Source: an uncultured Pseudomonadales bacterium
GTDB lineage: Bacteria; Patescibacteriota; Microgenomatia; UBA1400; PJMF01
Length of the DNA: 64,000 nucleotides
Reading direction: 5' to 3'
Assembly (NCBI GenBank): GCA_964637295.1
Contig: CAZWWE010000001.1
Span: forward strand, 188,312-252,311
Part shown: positions 8,515-20,013 of the stretch, piece by piece
Layout: every line of letters begins with the position of its first letter
Position numbering within the stretch: position 1 is the stretch's first letter
The notes under the pieces: model-generated
The model's database searches: none
The model's input: only the letters and a program-made list of their open reading frames with translations
What the model was told of the DNA's origin: nothing
Made by a program: the position numbers and the translations under genes

Positions 8515-10200
8515 CTAGACTTCTTTATTTTCAATTGAACTATCAAGCAAGACTTCTGAAGAATCTTCAATGGCTTCACGCCATTTGCCAAATTTTTGCA
8601 AAATATTGCGAATGTAAAATAATTCCTTAACATCAAATAAAACCGAAAAATAAACATAAACTAAGCTCGCCATGCTGGCAGTGGAAATCGTTAAAGCAAT
8701 CAGGTCAATGGTGCGGGAAGTATCAAACACCACTTCATCTAAAATTTTGAAAGGCAAATAAAGAAAAACTGCCATAAAAAAACTTGCTCCCAGCATTTTG
8801 CTTTGCGACCACCAAAATTCTTTACTATTAAAACAAGCAATTTTTCGATTAAGTAGAATTACAAACAAAATGAGTTCGACAAAGGCAGTGAGTGAGATTG
8901 CTAAAGCTAAACCCAGTACTCCCAAATTGAATTCATAAACTGCTAAATAAGCCGTTAATAAGTAAATCGCTACGGTGGCAATGGTAATCAAAAAAGGCGT
9001 CTTTGTATCTTTGAGAGCATGAAAAGCTCTGACCAAAAGTTGCACCATCGCCTGAGCAGTGATGGAGATCGCAATAATCGCCACTACTTTGCCCGTTAGA
9101 ACGGTGGTTTTCCAAGGAAAATTATAGGTACCAAAAATTAAACGAATAATGGGCACACGCAGAATCAATAACAAAACTGAGGCCGGCATCGCAAAAAATG
9201 CAATTTGGTTCAAAGATTGCAAAAGTAAGCGGTTAAATTTGGCTCGATTTTCCCCGGCTGACTCCTCTGATAAAAAAGACAAAGAAGCTTGAGAAATGGG
9301 CACTCCAAAAAAACGAATTGGTAAAGTCATCAAACGACTAGCTAATTTCAAGACCACAAAACTCAAGTCGCCAATAGTGGTAGCAAAAAATCCCATAGCT
9401 AAATTTTGAAACTCTGTCACTCCGACTGTGAGCAAACGTGGTGGCATCAGAGCAAATAGTTTTTTAACTGATGGAAATTTCAAATTAAAATCAAAGTTAA
9501 AGCGAAAACCCAACTTCCAAACTAAAGGCAATTGCACCAACATGTGTAAAAAAGCACCTAATAAAACTCCTAAACCAGCTGCATAAATGCCAAAATATTT
9601 AGCCAAGAAAATTGTCCCCAACATGATGCCGAGATTATAAAAAATAGGGGCTAAAGCTGGAGCGATAAAACGTTGATAAGCTTGTAAAATGCCAGTTAAA
9701 AAATTGGAGATGGCAAAAAATAATTGTGCAAAGAGCATTAGACGAGTTAATTTGACTGCAATCGCAATTTGCTCCAAAGAAAATTCTTTTCCTGTGCGCA
9801 AGCCGGTGATCGGTTCAGCAAAAATAAAAGCTAAAATCGACAAAATCAAAAAAACCAGCATTACGTAGTTCATGACAATAGCAGTAAAACGGAAAGCTTT
9901 GGCTTCATCTTGTTTTTTTAACTCACTAAAAAGAGGAATAAAGGAAGCCGCCAATGCCCCCATCACAATCAATTGAAAAATCATGTCTGGAATTTGAAAT
10001 GCCACTTGAAAGGCCTCATAGGCTTGTTGCGAAGCATTGCTGCTAAAAAATTGTTTAATCAGCACTCTTTCGCGCCATAGACCAAAAATTGAAGAAAAAA
10101 TATTTGCCAAAGTAATCACTAGAGCCGCAGAAAGAATAGAGTTCTGTTTTCTCTCTAACCATTTACCATTATTATTGAAGATTTTTGCCAAAGAAATCAC
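8515..10200 (-). CDS. murJ: Lipid II flippase MurJ (MviN family)
   Basis: 561-aa polytopic membrane protein with the MurJ/MviN pattern of about 14 TM segments and conserved Arg/Asp-containing loops. Confidence 0.8.
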   Translation of the reverse strand: MISLAKIFNNNGKWLERKQNSILSAALVITLANIFSSIFGLWRERVLIKQFFSSNASQQAYEAFQVAFQIPDMIFQLIVMGALAASFIPLFSELKKQDEAKAFRFTAIVMNYVMLVFLILSILAFIFAEPITGLRTGKEFSLEQIAIAVKLTRLMLFAQLFFAISNFLTGILQAYQRFIAPALAPIFYNLGIMLGTIFLAKYFGIYAAGLGVLLGAFLHMLVQLPLVWKLGFRFNFDFNLKFPSVKKLFALMPPRLLTVGVTEFQNLAMGFFATTIGDLSFVVLKLASRLMTLPIRFFGVPISQASLSFLSEESAGENRAKFNRLLLQSLNQIAFFAMPASVLLLILRVPIIRLIFGTYNFPWKTTVLTGKVVAIIAISITAQAMVQLLVRAFHALKDTKTPFLITIATVAIYLLTAYLAVYEFNLGVLGLALAISLTAFVELILFVILLNRKIACFNSKEFWWSQSKMLGASFFMAVFLYLPFKILDEVVFDTSRTIDLIALTISTASMASLVYVYFSVLFDVKELFYIRNILQKFGKWREAIEDSSEVLLDSSIENKEV

Positions 10201-10267
10201 CTTTCGATTATACCTTGATTTTTTTTGAAAAAGAAAAGCAAAAGCAAACTAAAAATTGGCCTAAAGC

Positions 10268-10296
10268 TTGCTTAAAAGAGGTACCTCTAGTATAAT
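10268..10296 (+). promoter_or_regulatory. Sigma70-type promoter for rpsT (TTGCTT, 17-bp spacer, TATAAT)
   Basis: TTGCTT at 10268-10273 and TATAAT at 10291-10296, separated by 17 bp. The rpsT ATG is at 10306, so the transcript has little or no leader. Confidence 0.55.
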
Positions 10297-10305
10297 CAAA
10301 CGCCT

Positions 10306-10542
10306 ATGCCGATACTCAAAAACGCCAAAAAGGCTCTCCGAGCCAGTAAGAAAAAAACCATTATTAATGGCCAAATTAAAGCTAAATTGAAAACTGCACT
10401 GGATGATATGAAAAAAAATCCTCAAGCAGAAAAACTTAGCTTGGCTTTCAGCGCCTTGGATAAAAGTGTCAAAAAAAATATTTTACAAAAAAATAAAGCT
10501 GCTCGTCTTAAGTCTTCTTTAAGTAAATTGCTTAAAAAATAA
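10306..10542 (+). CDS. rpsT: 30S ribosomal protein S20
   Basis: 78 aa, basic and helical, with the N-terminal motif ...NAKKALRASKKK... that is characteristic of S20. Confidence 0.85.
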   Translation: MPILKNAKKALRASKKKTIINGQIKAKLKTALDDMKKNPQAEKLSLAFSALDKSVKKNILQKNKAARLKSSLSKLLKK

Positions 10543-10609
10543 GTTTCTTCCAAAAACTTAATCAACTAGAGAGCAACAAATAATAGTTGTTAAACACAGT
10601 TGTTTTTTC

Positions 10610-12445
10610 ATGAATTTAGCCTCTAGCGAACCACAAGCTCTCACTTTAATCAGAAATTTTTCGATTATTGCTCATATTGATCATGGCAAAACTACGCTCA
10701 CCGATGCTTTTTTGCGTTTAACTGGTGCAGTTAGCGCCCTTAATTTTCATGAAAGAATGCTTGACAGCAATCCGATCGAACAAGAAAAAGGCGTCACTAT
10801 TAAATTGGCTCCAGTGCGCATGCATTACCGATATCAAAACCAAGATTACATTCTCAATTTAATTGATACACCAGGACATGTTGATTTTGGATATGAAGTT
10901 GATCGTTCACTCGCTGCTTGTGAAGGTGCTCTCTTACTTATTGATGCCACGCAAGGGGTACAAGCGCAAACCCTAGCTAATTATCAAAAAGCTAAAAATT
11001 TAAATTTAAAAATTATTCCTGTCATCAATAAAATCGACTTGCCATCGGCAAACGTTGAACAAAGTATTTTAGAAATTATGGAATTCTTTGATCTTGATGA
11101 AAAAGAAGTGCTCATGGTTTCTGCAAAAACCGGCGTTGGCGTGGAACAAGTTCTGCAGAAAATTATTACAGAAGTGCCACCGCCTGGAAAAAAATTGATT
11201 CAAGAAGAGCAGTTGCCAGAAAATGAGCAGTTAAGAGCTTTAATTATCACTTCTAAATTTGACAACCACCAGGGAGCCATTGCCTACACCAGAGTAGTCA
11301 ATGGTGAAATTCGCAAAAAAGATCTCTATCTCAATTTTAGTAAAACTAAATTTTTACCAGTCGAGATTGGCATTTTTAATCCAGAAAAAGAAAAAAGAGA
11401 GGTTTTGCGAGCTGGTGAAGTAGGTTATTTAGCCACAGGTCTCAAAGATATTTCCCTTTTGAAAGTGGGTGATACGATTACTCGTTTTGAAGAAAAAGAA
11501 ACGATTGCTGTTTTGCCAGGTTACAAAGAACCCACGCCAATGGTTTTCATGGAAATTTATCCAGTAGATAGCGATGATTTTGCCAATCTTAAAGATGCGA
11601 TGGCAAAGTTAACTATGCACGATAGCGCCTTGCAATCTCAACCCACTCATTCAGTGGCCCTGGGCAATGGTTTGCGGGTTGGTTTCTTAGGTATTTTTCA
11701 TGCCGAAATCGTGCGTGAAAGATTGATGCGCGAATTTGATTTAGATCTCATTGCCACTGCGCCTTCAGTCACCTATCAAATCGAAACCACTGCTGGCAAA
11801 ATGGTGGAAATTCACAGTCCTGCAGAAATGCCTGATCCAAGTCGCATTAAAAAAATTCTCGAGCCAATTGCTAATTTGAGTATTTTTTGTGCTGAAGAGT
11901 ACGTTTCAGCAGTGATGAAACTTTGCCACGAAAAAAGAGCAACTTTAATTAACAGTGTGGGCACAGGTAATCGCAATCGCCTAGAATATTTAATTCCCTT
12001 GGCGGAACTGATTACTGATTTTCACGATAAACTCAAATCAGTCACTTCAGGATTTGCTTCAATGGAATATTTACTCAAAGATTTTCGAGAAGTTGATGCC
12101 ATTAAAGTTGAAATATTAGTTAATAAAGAAGCGGTCGAAGCACTCAGTTTCATTACTGTAGCTGATAAAGCAGAACTAAAAGCACGCGCCATTGTTAAAA
12201 AATTGAAAGAAGTAATTCCGCGCCAACTCTTTGAAATTCCAATTCAAGCTAGTATTGGTGCCAAAGTCATTGCTCGAGAAACTATTAAGGCCTGGCGCAA
12301 AGATGTCACAGCCAAATTATATGGTGGCGATCGCACTCGTAGAATGAAGCTGCTGGCCAAACAAGCCAAAGGCAAGAAAAGAATGAAACAAATTGGACAA
12401 GTGCAACTCAATCAAGACGCTTTCCTCGCGGTGTTGGAAAATTAG
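10610..12445 (+). CDS. lepA: Elongation factor 4 (LepA)
   Basis: 611 aa with the G domain motifs AHIDHGKTTL and DTPGHVDF, and a LepA C-terminal domain. Confidence 0.95.
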   Translation: MNLASSEPQALTLIRNFSIIAHIDHGKTTLTDAFLRLTGAVSALNFHERMLDSNPIEQEKGVTIKLAPVRMHYRYQNQDYILNLIDTPGHVDFGYEVDRSLAACEGALLLIDATQGVQAQTLANYQKAKNLNLKIIPVINKIDLPSANVEQSILEIMEFFDLDEKEVLMVSAKTGVGVEQVLQKIITEVPPPGKKLIQEEQLPENEQLRALIITSKFDNHQGAIAYTRVVNGEIRKKDLYLNFSKTKFLPVEIGIFNPEKEKREVLRAGEVGYLATGLKDISLLKVGDTITRFEEKETIAVLPGYKEPTPMVFMEIYPVDSDDFANLKDAMAKLTMHDSALQSQPTHSVALGNGLRVGFLGIFHAEIVRERLMREFDLDLIATAPSVTYQIETTAGKMVEIHSPAEMPDPSRIKKILEPIANLSIFCAEEYVSAVMKLCHEKRATLINSVGTGNRNRLEYLIPLAELITDFHDKLKSVTSGFASMEYLLKDFREVDAIKVEILVNKEAVEALSFITVADKAELKARAIVKKLKEVIPRQLFEIPIQASIGAKVIARETIKAWRKDVTAKLYGGDRTRRMKLLAKQAKGKKRMKQIGQVQLNQDAFLAVLEN

Positions 12446-12446
12446 A

Positions 12447-12476
12447 GCTCAAACCCAAATTGAGCAACTATTTTTA
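12447..12476 (+). terminator. Rho-independent terminator after lepA, between convergent genes
   Basis: Stem GCTCAA / TTGAGC with a 7-nt loop (12447-12465), followed by the T-rich tract AACTATTTTT. Confidence 0.5.
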
Positions 12477-12490
12477 TAAATTGACACTTT

Positions 12491-13282
12491 TTATAAATTA
12501 ACACTTGGTGCAAATTTAAAATAATTTATTTTGGCGTTTTTCTTCAATTCTGCAAACCATTTCTGTTGTTCAGTGGCTAGCTTTTGTTGCTTTAATTGAT
12601 TCTCAATGTCAGCTTTAATATCTTCAAATTTAACATCTTTACCCAACAATTCTTTATTTTCTTCAAAATAAGCAGTCACTTCTTCTGCAGTAACCGTGAT
12701 TTTGTCGGATAACAACATTTCCATGCCTTTACTAAGCGCCAGTTGTTCTTTGACTGCGGCACGAGTTAGGCTCTGAGCCTTGAGCAGGTCGTCTAAATTT
12801 TGACCCTGAGCTGCTAACTGTTCTTCAATTTTTTTCAGTTCGGCATCCATTTCTTCGTCGCTGACTTTAATGCCTTCTTTCTTGAGTTGTTGCTCAACTA
12901 GCATTTGTAGGGTCATATTTTCCAAAGTAGAAGAGGCAGCTTGTTTTTCCAAATTGCGAATCAGGGCAATTCTGGTGATAGGCTTGCCATTGACGCTGGC
13001 CACAATTACTTCGTCTTTGACTAAGTAAACTAAGGCTAAGATTAGTAAAAATATCAAGGCTTTAACCAATGTTTTTGAATCGATTTTTTTGAGTTCAATT
13101 TTGTGATTGCTTACAGATGCCACTGCTGGCTTTGAGGAAGCTTTGACAGGAGTAGTTTTAGCTGCGCTTACTTTAGCAGCAGCTACTTTGGCTGGCACAG
13201 TTTTTGGAGACAAAGGTTTTTTGACACTAACTTTTTGGCTTGCTTTTTTGGCGTTAGTTTTTTGAGTTTTTTTAACTGGCAT
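12491..13282 (-). CDS. SurA-N-domain-like periplasmic chaperone; no PPIase domain is evident
   Basis: The ORF runs 12491..13360. The likely start is the internal Met (MPVKKTQK...) at 13282. It has a Lys/Ala-rich N-terminus, one TM and a SurA_N-like helical domain. Confidence 0.5.
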   Translation of the reverse strand: MPVKKTQKTNAKKASQKVSVKKPLSPKTVPAKVAAAKVSAAKTTPVKASSKPAVASVSNHKIELKKIDSKTLVKALIFLLILALVYLVKDEVIVASVNGKPITRIALIRNLEKQAASSTLENMTLQMLVEQQLKKEGIKVSDEEMDAELKKIEEQLAAQGQNLDDLLKAQSLTRAAVKEQLALSKGMEMLLSDKITVTAEEVTAYFEENKELLGKDVKFEDIKADIENQLKQQKLATEQQKWFAELKKNAKINYFKFAPSVNL

Positions 13283-13420
13283 AATGACGCTTTCTATAGT
13301 CTTGCTAAATCTATTGCTTAAAACCTGATCATAAGATAACAAATTTTTGAGAAAAAACAAAGTGGGAATTCAAGACTAAGAAAATAAAGTTTTCAACTGA
13401 ACAGTGTTATAATAAAGAAA

Positions 13421-14059
13421 ATGCTCAACCAAGCAAGCAAACACCAGCGTCGCAGACTTGAAGATTATTCTGAAGTGATGAAATACGAACGTGCTTCGAA
13501 TAATTTTTTCAAGAGTTTTATTCCTAAGCCCAACAATATTCATCTCAATATTCAAGATAAAGACGAAAAAATCGTTTTGGTCTTGCGACAACACCCGATT
13601 ACTCAGGTGCAAAAAATATTCTGGCTAATTTTGGCTTTAATTTTTATTCCTCAATTACTCAGTTTTGCTGGTTTTATGGCTGTTCTGCCAGGAGAATTTG
13701 CTGACGCTTTTAACTTTTTTTGGATTGTTTTGGCCTTTGGCCTCTTGACTAGATCTTTTTTAAGTTGGTTTTTTAACGTTTACATTGTGACTGATGAAAG
13801 AATTATTGATGTAGATTTTCATTCAGTGATTTATTACAACGTTTCCAGCGCTAAAATTGAAAATATTGAAGATGTCACCACTAAAACCATCGGGCCTTTG
13901 GCAGCAGTTTTTAACTTTGGTAGCATTTTGATCCAAACTGCGGGTGAAAAAAATCAATTTGAATTTGAACACGTTCCTCAGCCAGCCAAAATTACTAAAT
14001 TGCTGAATGAATTAATTTTGGAAGAAGAAAGAGAAAAAATCGAAGGAAGAATTAATTAA
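13421..14059 (+). CDS. Membrane protein with a bacterial PH domain (bPH_2 / YdbT-like)
   Basis: 212 aa with two TM helices followed by a PH-like beta domain (YIVTDERIID...). Confidence 0.5.
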   Translation: MLNQASKHQRRRLEDYSEVMKYERASNNFFKSFIPKPNNIHLNIQDKDEKIVLVLRQHPITQVQKIFWLILALIFIPQLLSFAGFMAVLPGEFADAFNFFWIVLAFGLLTRSFLSWFFNVYIVTDERIIDVDFHSVIYYNVSSAKIENIEDVTTKTIGPLAAVFNFGSILIQTAGEKNQFEFEHVPQPAKITKLLNELILEEEREKIEGRIN

Positions 14060-14065
14060 GGAGAT

Positions 14066-14287
14066 ATGTTAGATATTTTTGATTCACAAATTATTGCCGG
14101 CATTCTCAAATTTTTATTCGTCACTGGAGCTTTATTTTATTTGATTTACACCTTCATCGTTTTTCGCCAGATTTACATCATGAAAAAAACTCTGATCACC
14201 AGTTTTTCTCCTGCAGTTAGCTTACTTGGTTTGATCAATTTATTACTAGCCACAGGAGTTTTTGTGGGTTTTTTGCTTTTCCTATAA
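14066..14287 (+). CDS. Small two-TM membrane protein, hypothetical
   Basis: 73-aa hydrophobic ORF that is tightly coupled to the upstream gene. Confidence 0.4.
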   Translation: MLDIFDSQIIAGILKFLFVTGALFYLIYTFIVFRQIYIMKKTLITSFSPAVSLLGLINLLLATGVFVGFLLFL

Positions 14288-14289
14288 AA

Positions 14290-14787
14290 TTATAATTCGA
14301 TAATGGTAAAAGAGTCTTTTTCCAATTTTGGATAGTTTACTTTTAACCATTGCCAAAATTCTTCTTCTTTATTCTTGGTGAGAAAAACTTCAAAATTATC
14401 ATTTTCGTAGGAAAAATTTATATTAAAATTATTTTGATTAATTGGACATTTGGATTTTAAAAGAGAAAATTCTTTAGCTCTTTCTTCAGTTTCTAACGTT
14501 GAATGATCAGAGATAACAATGGGCATTACTTTTACTTCTTCATTTGTTTCTTCACTTACTTCTTCTTTCGGAGCTTCCTGTACAAAAGTTTCTTGTGCCA
14601 ACTCTGCGGGCTGGCGAATTTCTGTTTGATTGCTTGAATGATTAAGCAAAGCACTCAACAAGGACGACTCGCTTATTTCTTCTTGAACTGATACTTTTTC
14701 TTTAAAAAAATCAGCATTTTTCCAAAAATAATAAGGCAAGATGAAAAAAATTAATAATAGCAATATCTTTCTTAAGTGATTTGGCAT
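14290..14787 (-). CDS. Hypothetical signal-anchored or secreted protein
   Basis: 165 aa with an N-terminal hydrophobic segment. It sits 6 bp downstream of the C39-like peptidase gene. Confidence 0.45.
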   Translation of the reverse strand: MPNHLRKILLLLIFFILPYYFWKNADFFKEKVSVQEEISESSLLSALLNHSSNQTEIRQPAELAQETFVQEAPKEEVSEETNEEVKVMPIVISDHSTLETEERAKEFSLLKSKCPINQNNFNINFSYENDNFEVFLTKNKEEEFWQWLKVNYPKLEKDSFTIIEL

Positions 14788-14793
14788 AAAATT

Positions 14794-15969
14794 TTAATCC
14801 TTCCTAGCCAAAAGCAGCCGCTTTGGACTAATAGCTTCGTCATTGTTTCCAAAGCTGCCAGCATTATCAAAAAAATACTCTTTCAAGGCGCCTCCATTTG
14901 GATCTATGACAGTGATTTTAGCGTTGGCGACATCAATATCTTTCACCACAACCCAATGTCCACCTCCACCAAGATTGCCAAAATTACCATTTAACATAAT
15001 TTGCCAGTTACCTTCTTTTTGATATTTTTTTAAATTGTCGATGAGGTCACTATAATTATTGTTTAAATTGGCCTGTCTTATCTCATCTTCTAGAACACCA
15101 TTGCCATTAACACCTGTTCTCGTTTCATAACCTAATTTTTTCAATGCTTCCGCATTTGCCTTCAAACTAGTACCATTGGCGGTAATTCCGTTGGTATTTC
15201 CGATATCATAAAGTCCTAAAACTTTATCTGGAGAAACACCTGTCAGATTTGCTACTGATGTTACGCCACAGCCAACATTGCCAAATTTAATATTTTCTTC
15301 TATGTATATATTTTTCCAACGATTGTCTAATTGGTTAAAAAAAATATCATTTGCGTATTTAGCCGTAGTGGAAACTATCGGCGTCGGAGAAGCACTTACA
15401 GATTTTTCTGTTTTTTGTACATCAGGTTTTGGAGTTTTTTTTGTAGTTTCTGCCGCCAAATAAGACTCAACTAGTTTAAGCGATTGCAAAGTTGGATATT
15501 TATAATTATTAATAGTATTTGGGGGCACCACGACATGAGTTCCTCCAGGCAAAACTTCCCAGTATAGATAGCAGGTATCATTAAGCCAATTGCCCTGTCC
15601 ATTGCAGCTACTTTTTGTTGTTGGTCTATTAGTAGTTGAAGTTGAAACAGTAGTTGGAGTCGGAGTTAAAGTCGAAGTCGGAATTAGAGTTGGGTTGGTG
15701 GTTGGAGTTGAGGTTGTGGTTGGAATTAGAGTTGGACTAGTAGTAATGGTTGAATAAGGTTCACTTTCAAAAGCTTGCTGTCGATTGTCTTGCGTTTGCT
15801 TACTAAGCAAAAAGCTAACAAAAAGACCGATCGCCAAGAAAAAAACAATAAACACATTAGCTAAATTTTTTATTTTCTTTTTTGGAAAAATAAAAGACGT
15901 CTTTAGATCATCATTAACTAAATAGTGGCGATATTTTTCTGGTAAGAAATCTCTAGGATTATTCATCAT
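14794..15969 (-). CDS. Membrane-anchored extracellular C39-like (papain-fold) cysteine peptidase with a Thr/Pro-rich stalk
   Basis: 391 aa. The N-terminus carries DFLPEKY, then a TM, then the juxtamembrane motif SKQTQDNRQQAF. A T/P-rich linker and the motif CNGQGNWLNDTCY follow. The C-terminal domain carries GNVGCGVTSVANL (C39-type Cys motif) and GGGHWVVV (C39-type His motif). Confidence 0.65.
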   Translation of the reverse strand: MMNNPRDFLPEKYRHYLVNDDLKTSFIFPKKKIKNLANVFIVFFLAIGLFVSFLLSKQTQDNRQQAFESEPYSTITTSPTLIPTTTSTPTTNPTLIPTSTLTPTPTTVSTSTTNRPTTKSSCNGQGNWLNDTCYLYWEVLPGGTHVVVPPNTINNYKYPTLQSLKLVESYLAAETTKKTPKPDVQKTEKSVSASPTPIVSTTAKYANDIFFNQLDNRWKNIYIEENIKFGNVGCGVTSVANLTGVSPDKVLGLYDIGNTNGITANGTSLKANAEALKKLGYETRTGVNGNGVLEDEIRQANLNNNYSDLIDNLKKYQKEGNWQIMLNGNFGNLGGGGHWVVVKDIDVANAKITVIDPNGGALKEYFFDNAGSFGNNDEAISPKRLLLARKD

Positions 15970-16028
15970 AAATCATAAAAAATTGCACAATAAAGTGTAA
16001 CTCATTGCTATTTAGATTGACAAGGAAA

Positions 16029-16077
16029 AAATAAAAATTGCCAAGTCTTGAAAAATCTGCAAAATTGGCATAAAAAA
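16029..16077 (-). terminator. Putative terminator downstream of 5S rRNA
   Basis: On the minus strand, TGCCAA...TTGGCA forms a hairpin and is followed by ATTTTTATTTTTT. Confidence 0.35.
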
Positions 16078-16085
16078 ACGCTTTA

Positions 16086-16202
16086 TTCTGGCCTCGACCT
16101 ATCTTCGCAGGGGGAGAACCCCCAACTATTGTCAGCGCTGAAGCGTTTCAAGACTCTGTTCGGGATGGGAAGAGTTGGGACCACCTCGCTCTAGAGACCA
16201 GA
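16086..16202 (-). rRNA. rrf: 5S ribosomal RNA
   Basis: The minus-strand sequence ...GGTGGTCCCAACTCTTCCCATCCCGAACAGAG...GGGGTTCTCCCCCTGCGAAGATAGG... matches the conserved core of 5S rRNA. Confidence 0.85.
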
Positions 16203-16389
16203 ATAAAACGTTTTTACAAATTTGTGCCATCGTACGGTTTTGCACGAAACACAAATTATGTTAATTAGCGATTGTTCGCTAATAAGTGAAGCTAACTGCT
16301 TTATACCTGAGTATAAAAGTTAGTAGTAAAAGATAAATCTTTCACTACTAACCTACTCAATAAGACTTTTCAAAAAACTGATAGATATT

Positions 16390-19300
<2,911 letters not shown>

Positions 19301-19551
19301 ATTTACAAAATATCGAATTTGTTTACACAAATTCTTGTATCATTGAAATGTTCTCTTACTCAGTCATATTGAGTAACAGTTAGTTTTTAACTTAAATAAA
19401 ATTTAAATCAAAAATTTTCTTCACTTATTAAAGAACAAATTTGACGCATTTGCGCCAAACACTAGCTCTTTGCTAGTTATTAGTCTCTAGAAATTTCTAG
19501 TTTAGAAAAATCCAAAGTCTAATAAGCAGCAAATAGTCTATTTTAATTTGC

Positions 19552-19628
19552 TGGTGGACCCTAAGGGGCTCGAACCCTTGGCCTCCACATTGCAAATGTG
19601 GCGCTCTAGCCAACTGAGCTAAGGGCCC
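19552..19628 (-). tRNA. tRNA-Ala (anticodon UGC), with CCA encoded
   Basis: It folds into a cloverleaf with anticodon loop UUUGCAA and the G3:U70 identity pair. It lies just upstream of the 23S gene, as in a typical rRNA operon spacer. Confidence 0.9.
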
Positions 19629-19635
19629 TTGCTTT

Positions 19636-19798
19636 AGTCTTAGTTAAGTGTGAAGTTTGTTCTTAATTTTGCATATATTTATGACTTTTTGAAGACAGAG
19701 CTTTGCGATAGTAGTTAATCTACTTGAGCAAAACTCTAACGTACAAAAAGGCTTAAATAGATGTGAAAGAAAGATAAACTTCACACTTAACTAAGACT
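19636..19798. repeat. Intergenic palindromic element: a perfect 23-bp terminal inverted repeat flanking 117 bp. It belongs to the same family as the elements at 48599 and 57277.
   Basis: AGTCTTAGTTAAGTGTGAAGTTT (19636-19658) pairs perfectly with AAACTTCACACTTAACTAAGACT (19776-19798). The arm sequence resembles the arms of the 57277 element (GTCTTA.GTTAA....AAGTTT). Confidence 0.6.
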
Positions 19799-20013
19799 CT
19801 AATCTTTTGTTCAATTTAAGGTGCTAAAAACGACAAAAGATCATTAGATAAATTTTGTCTTATTTTTATAGCCTTTTACAAGGCAAATATTGAACGGAGG
19901 GAATCCTCAAACGGATTGTCGCGTATACTCTTGTAAGCTTATCCCGAAAAGCTTTAGAGACAAAGAGGAATTATATAGTTTTTATAGATGATTTCAAGGG
20001 GGAATTTAGAGAA

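Noticed and set aside
8933-9115. Small internal or antisense ORFs inside confident genes. Examples are 8933..9115 in murJ, 26727..27104 in the PGT gene, 29408..29716 in rpsA, 30386..30688 in pgk, 37512..37697, 39776..39976, 44015..44257, 48896..49111, 50348..52350 (several), 55630..55824, 59790..59981 and 60336..60712.
   Set aside because: They are shadow ORFs on the opposite strand or in alternative frames of well-supported genes.
19800-20013. Possible rRNA operon promoter (TTGTAA ... TATAAAAAT-like hexamers on the minus strand near 19850-19890).
   Set aside because: The hexamers and spacing are not convincing enough to annotate. Transcription-start mapping is needed.
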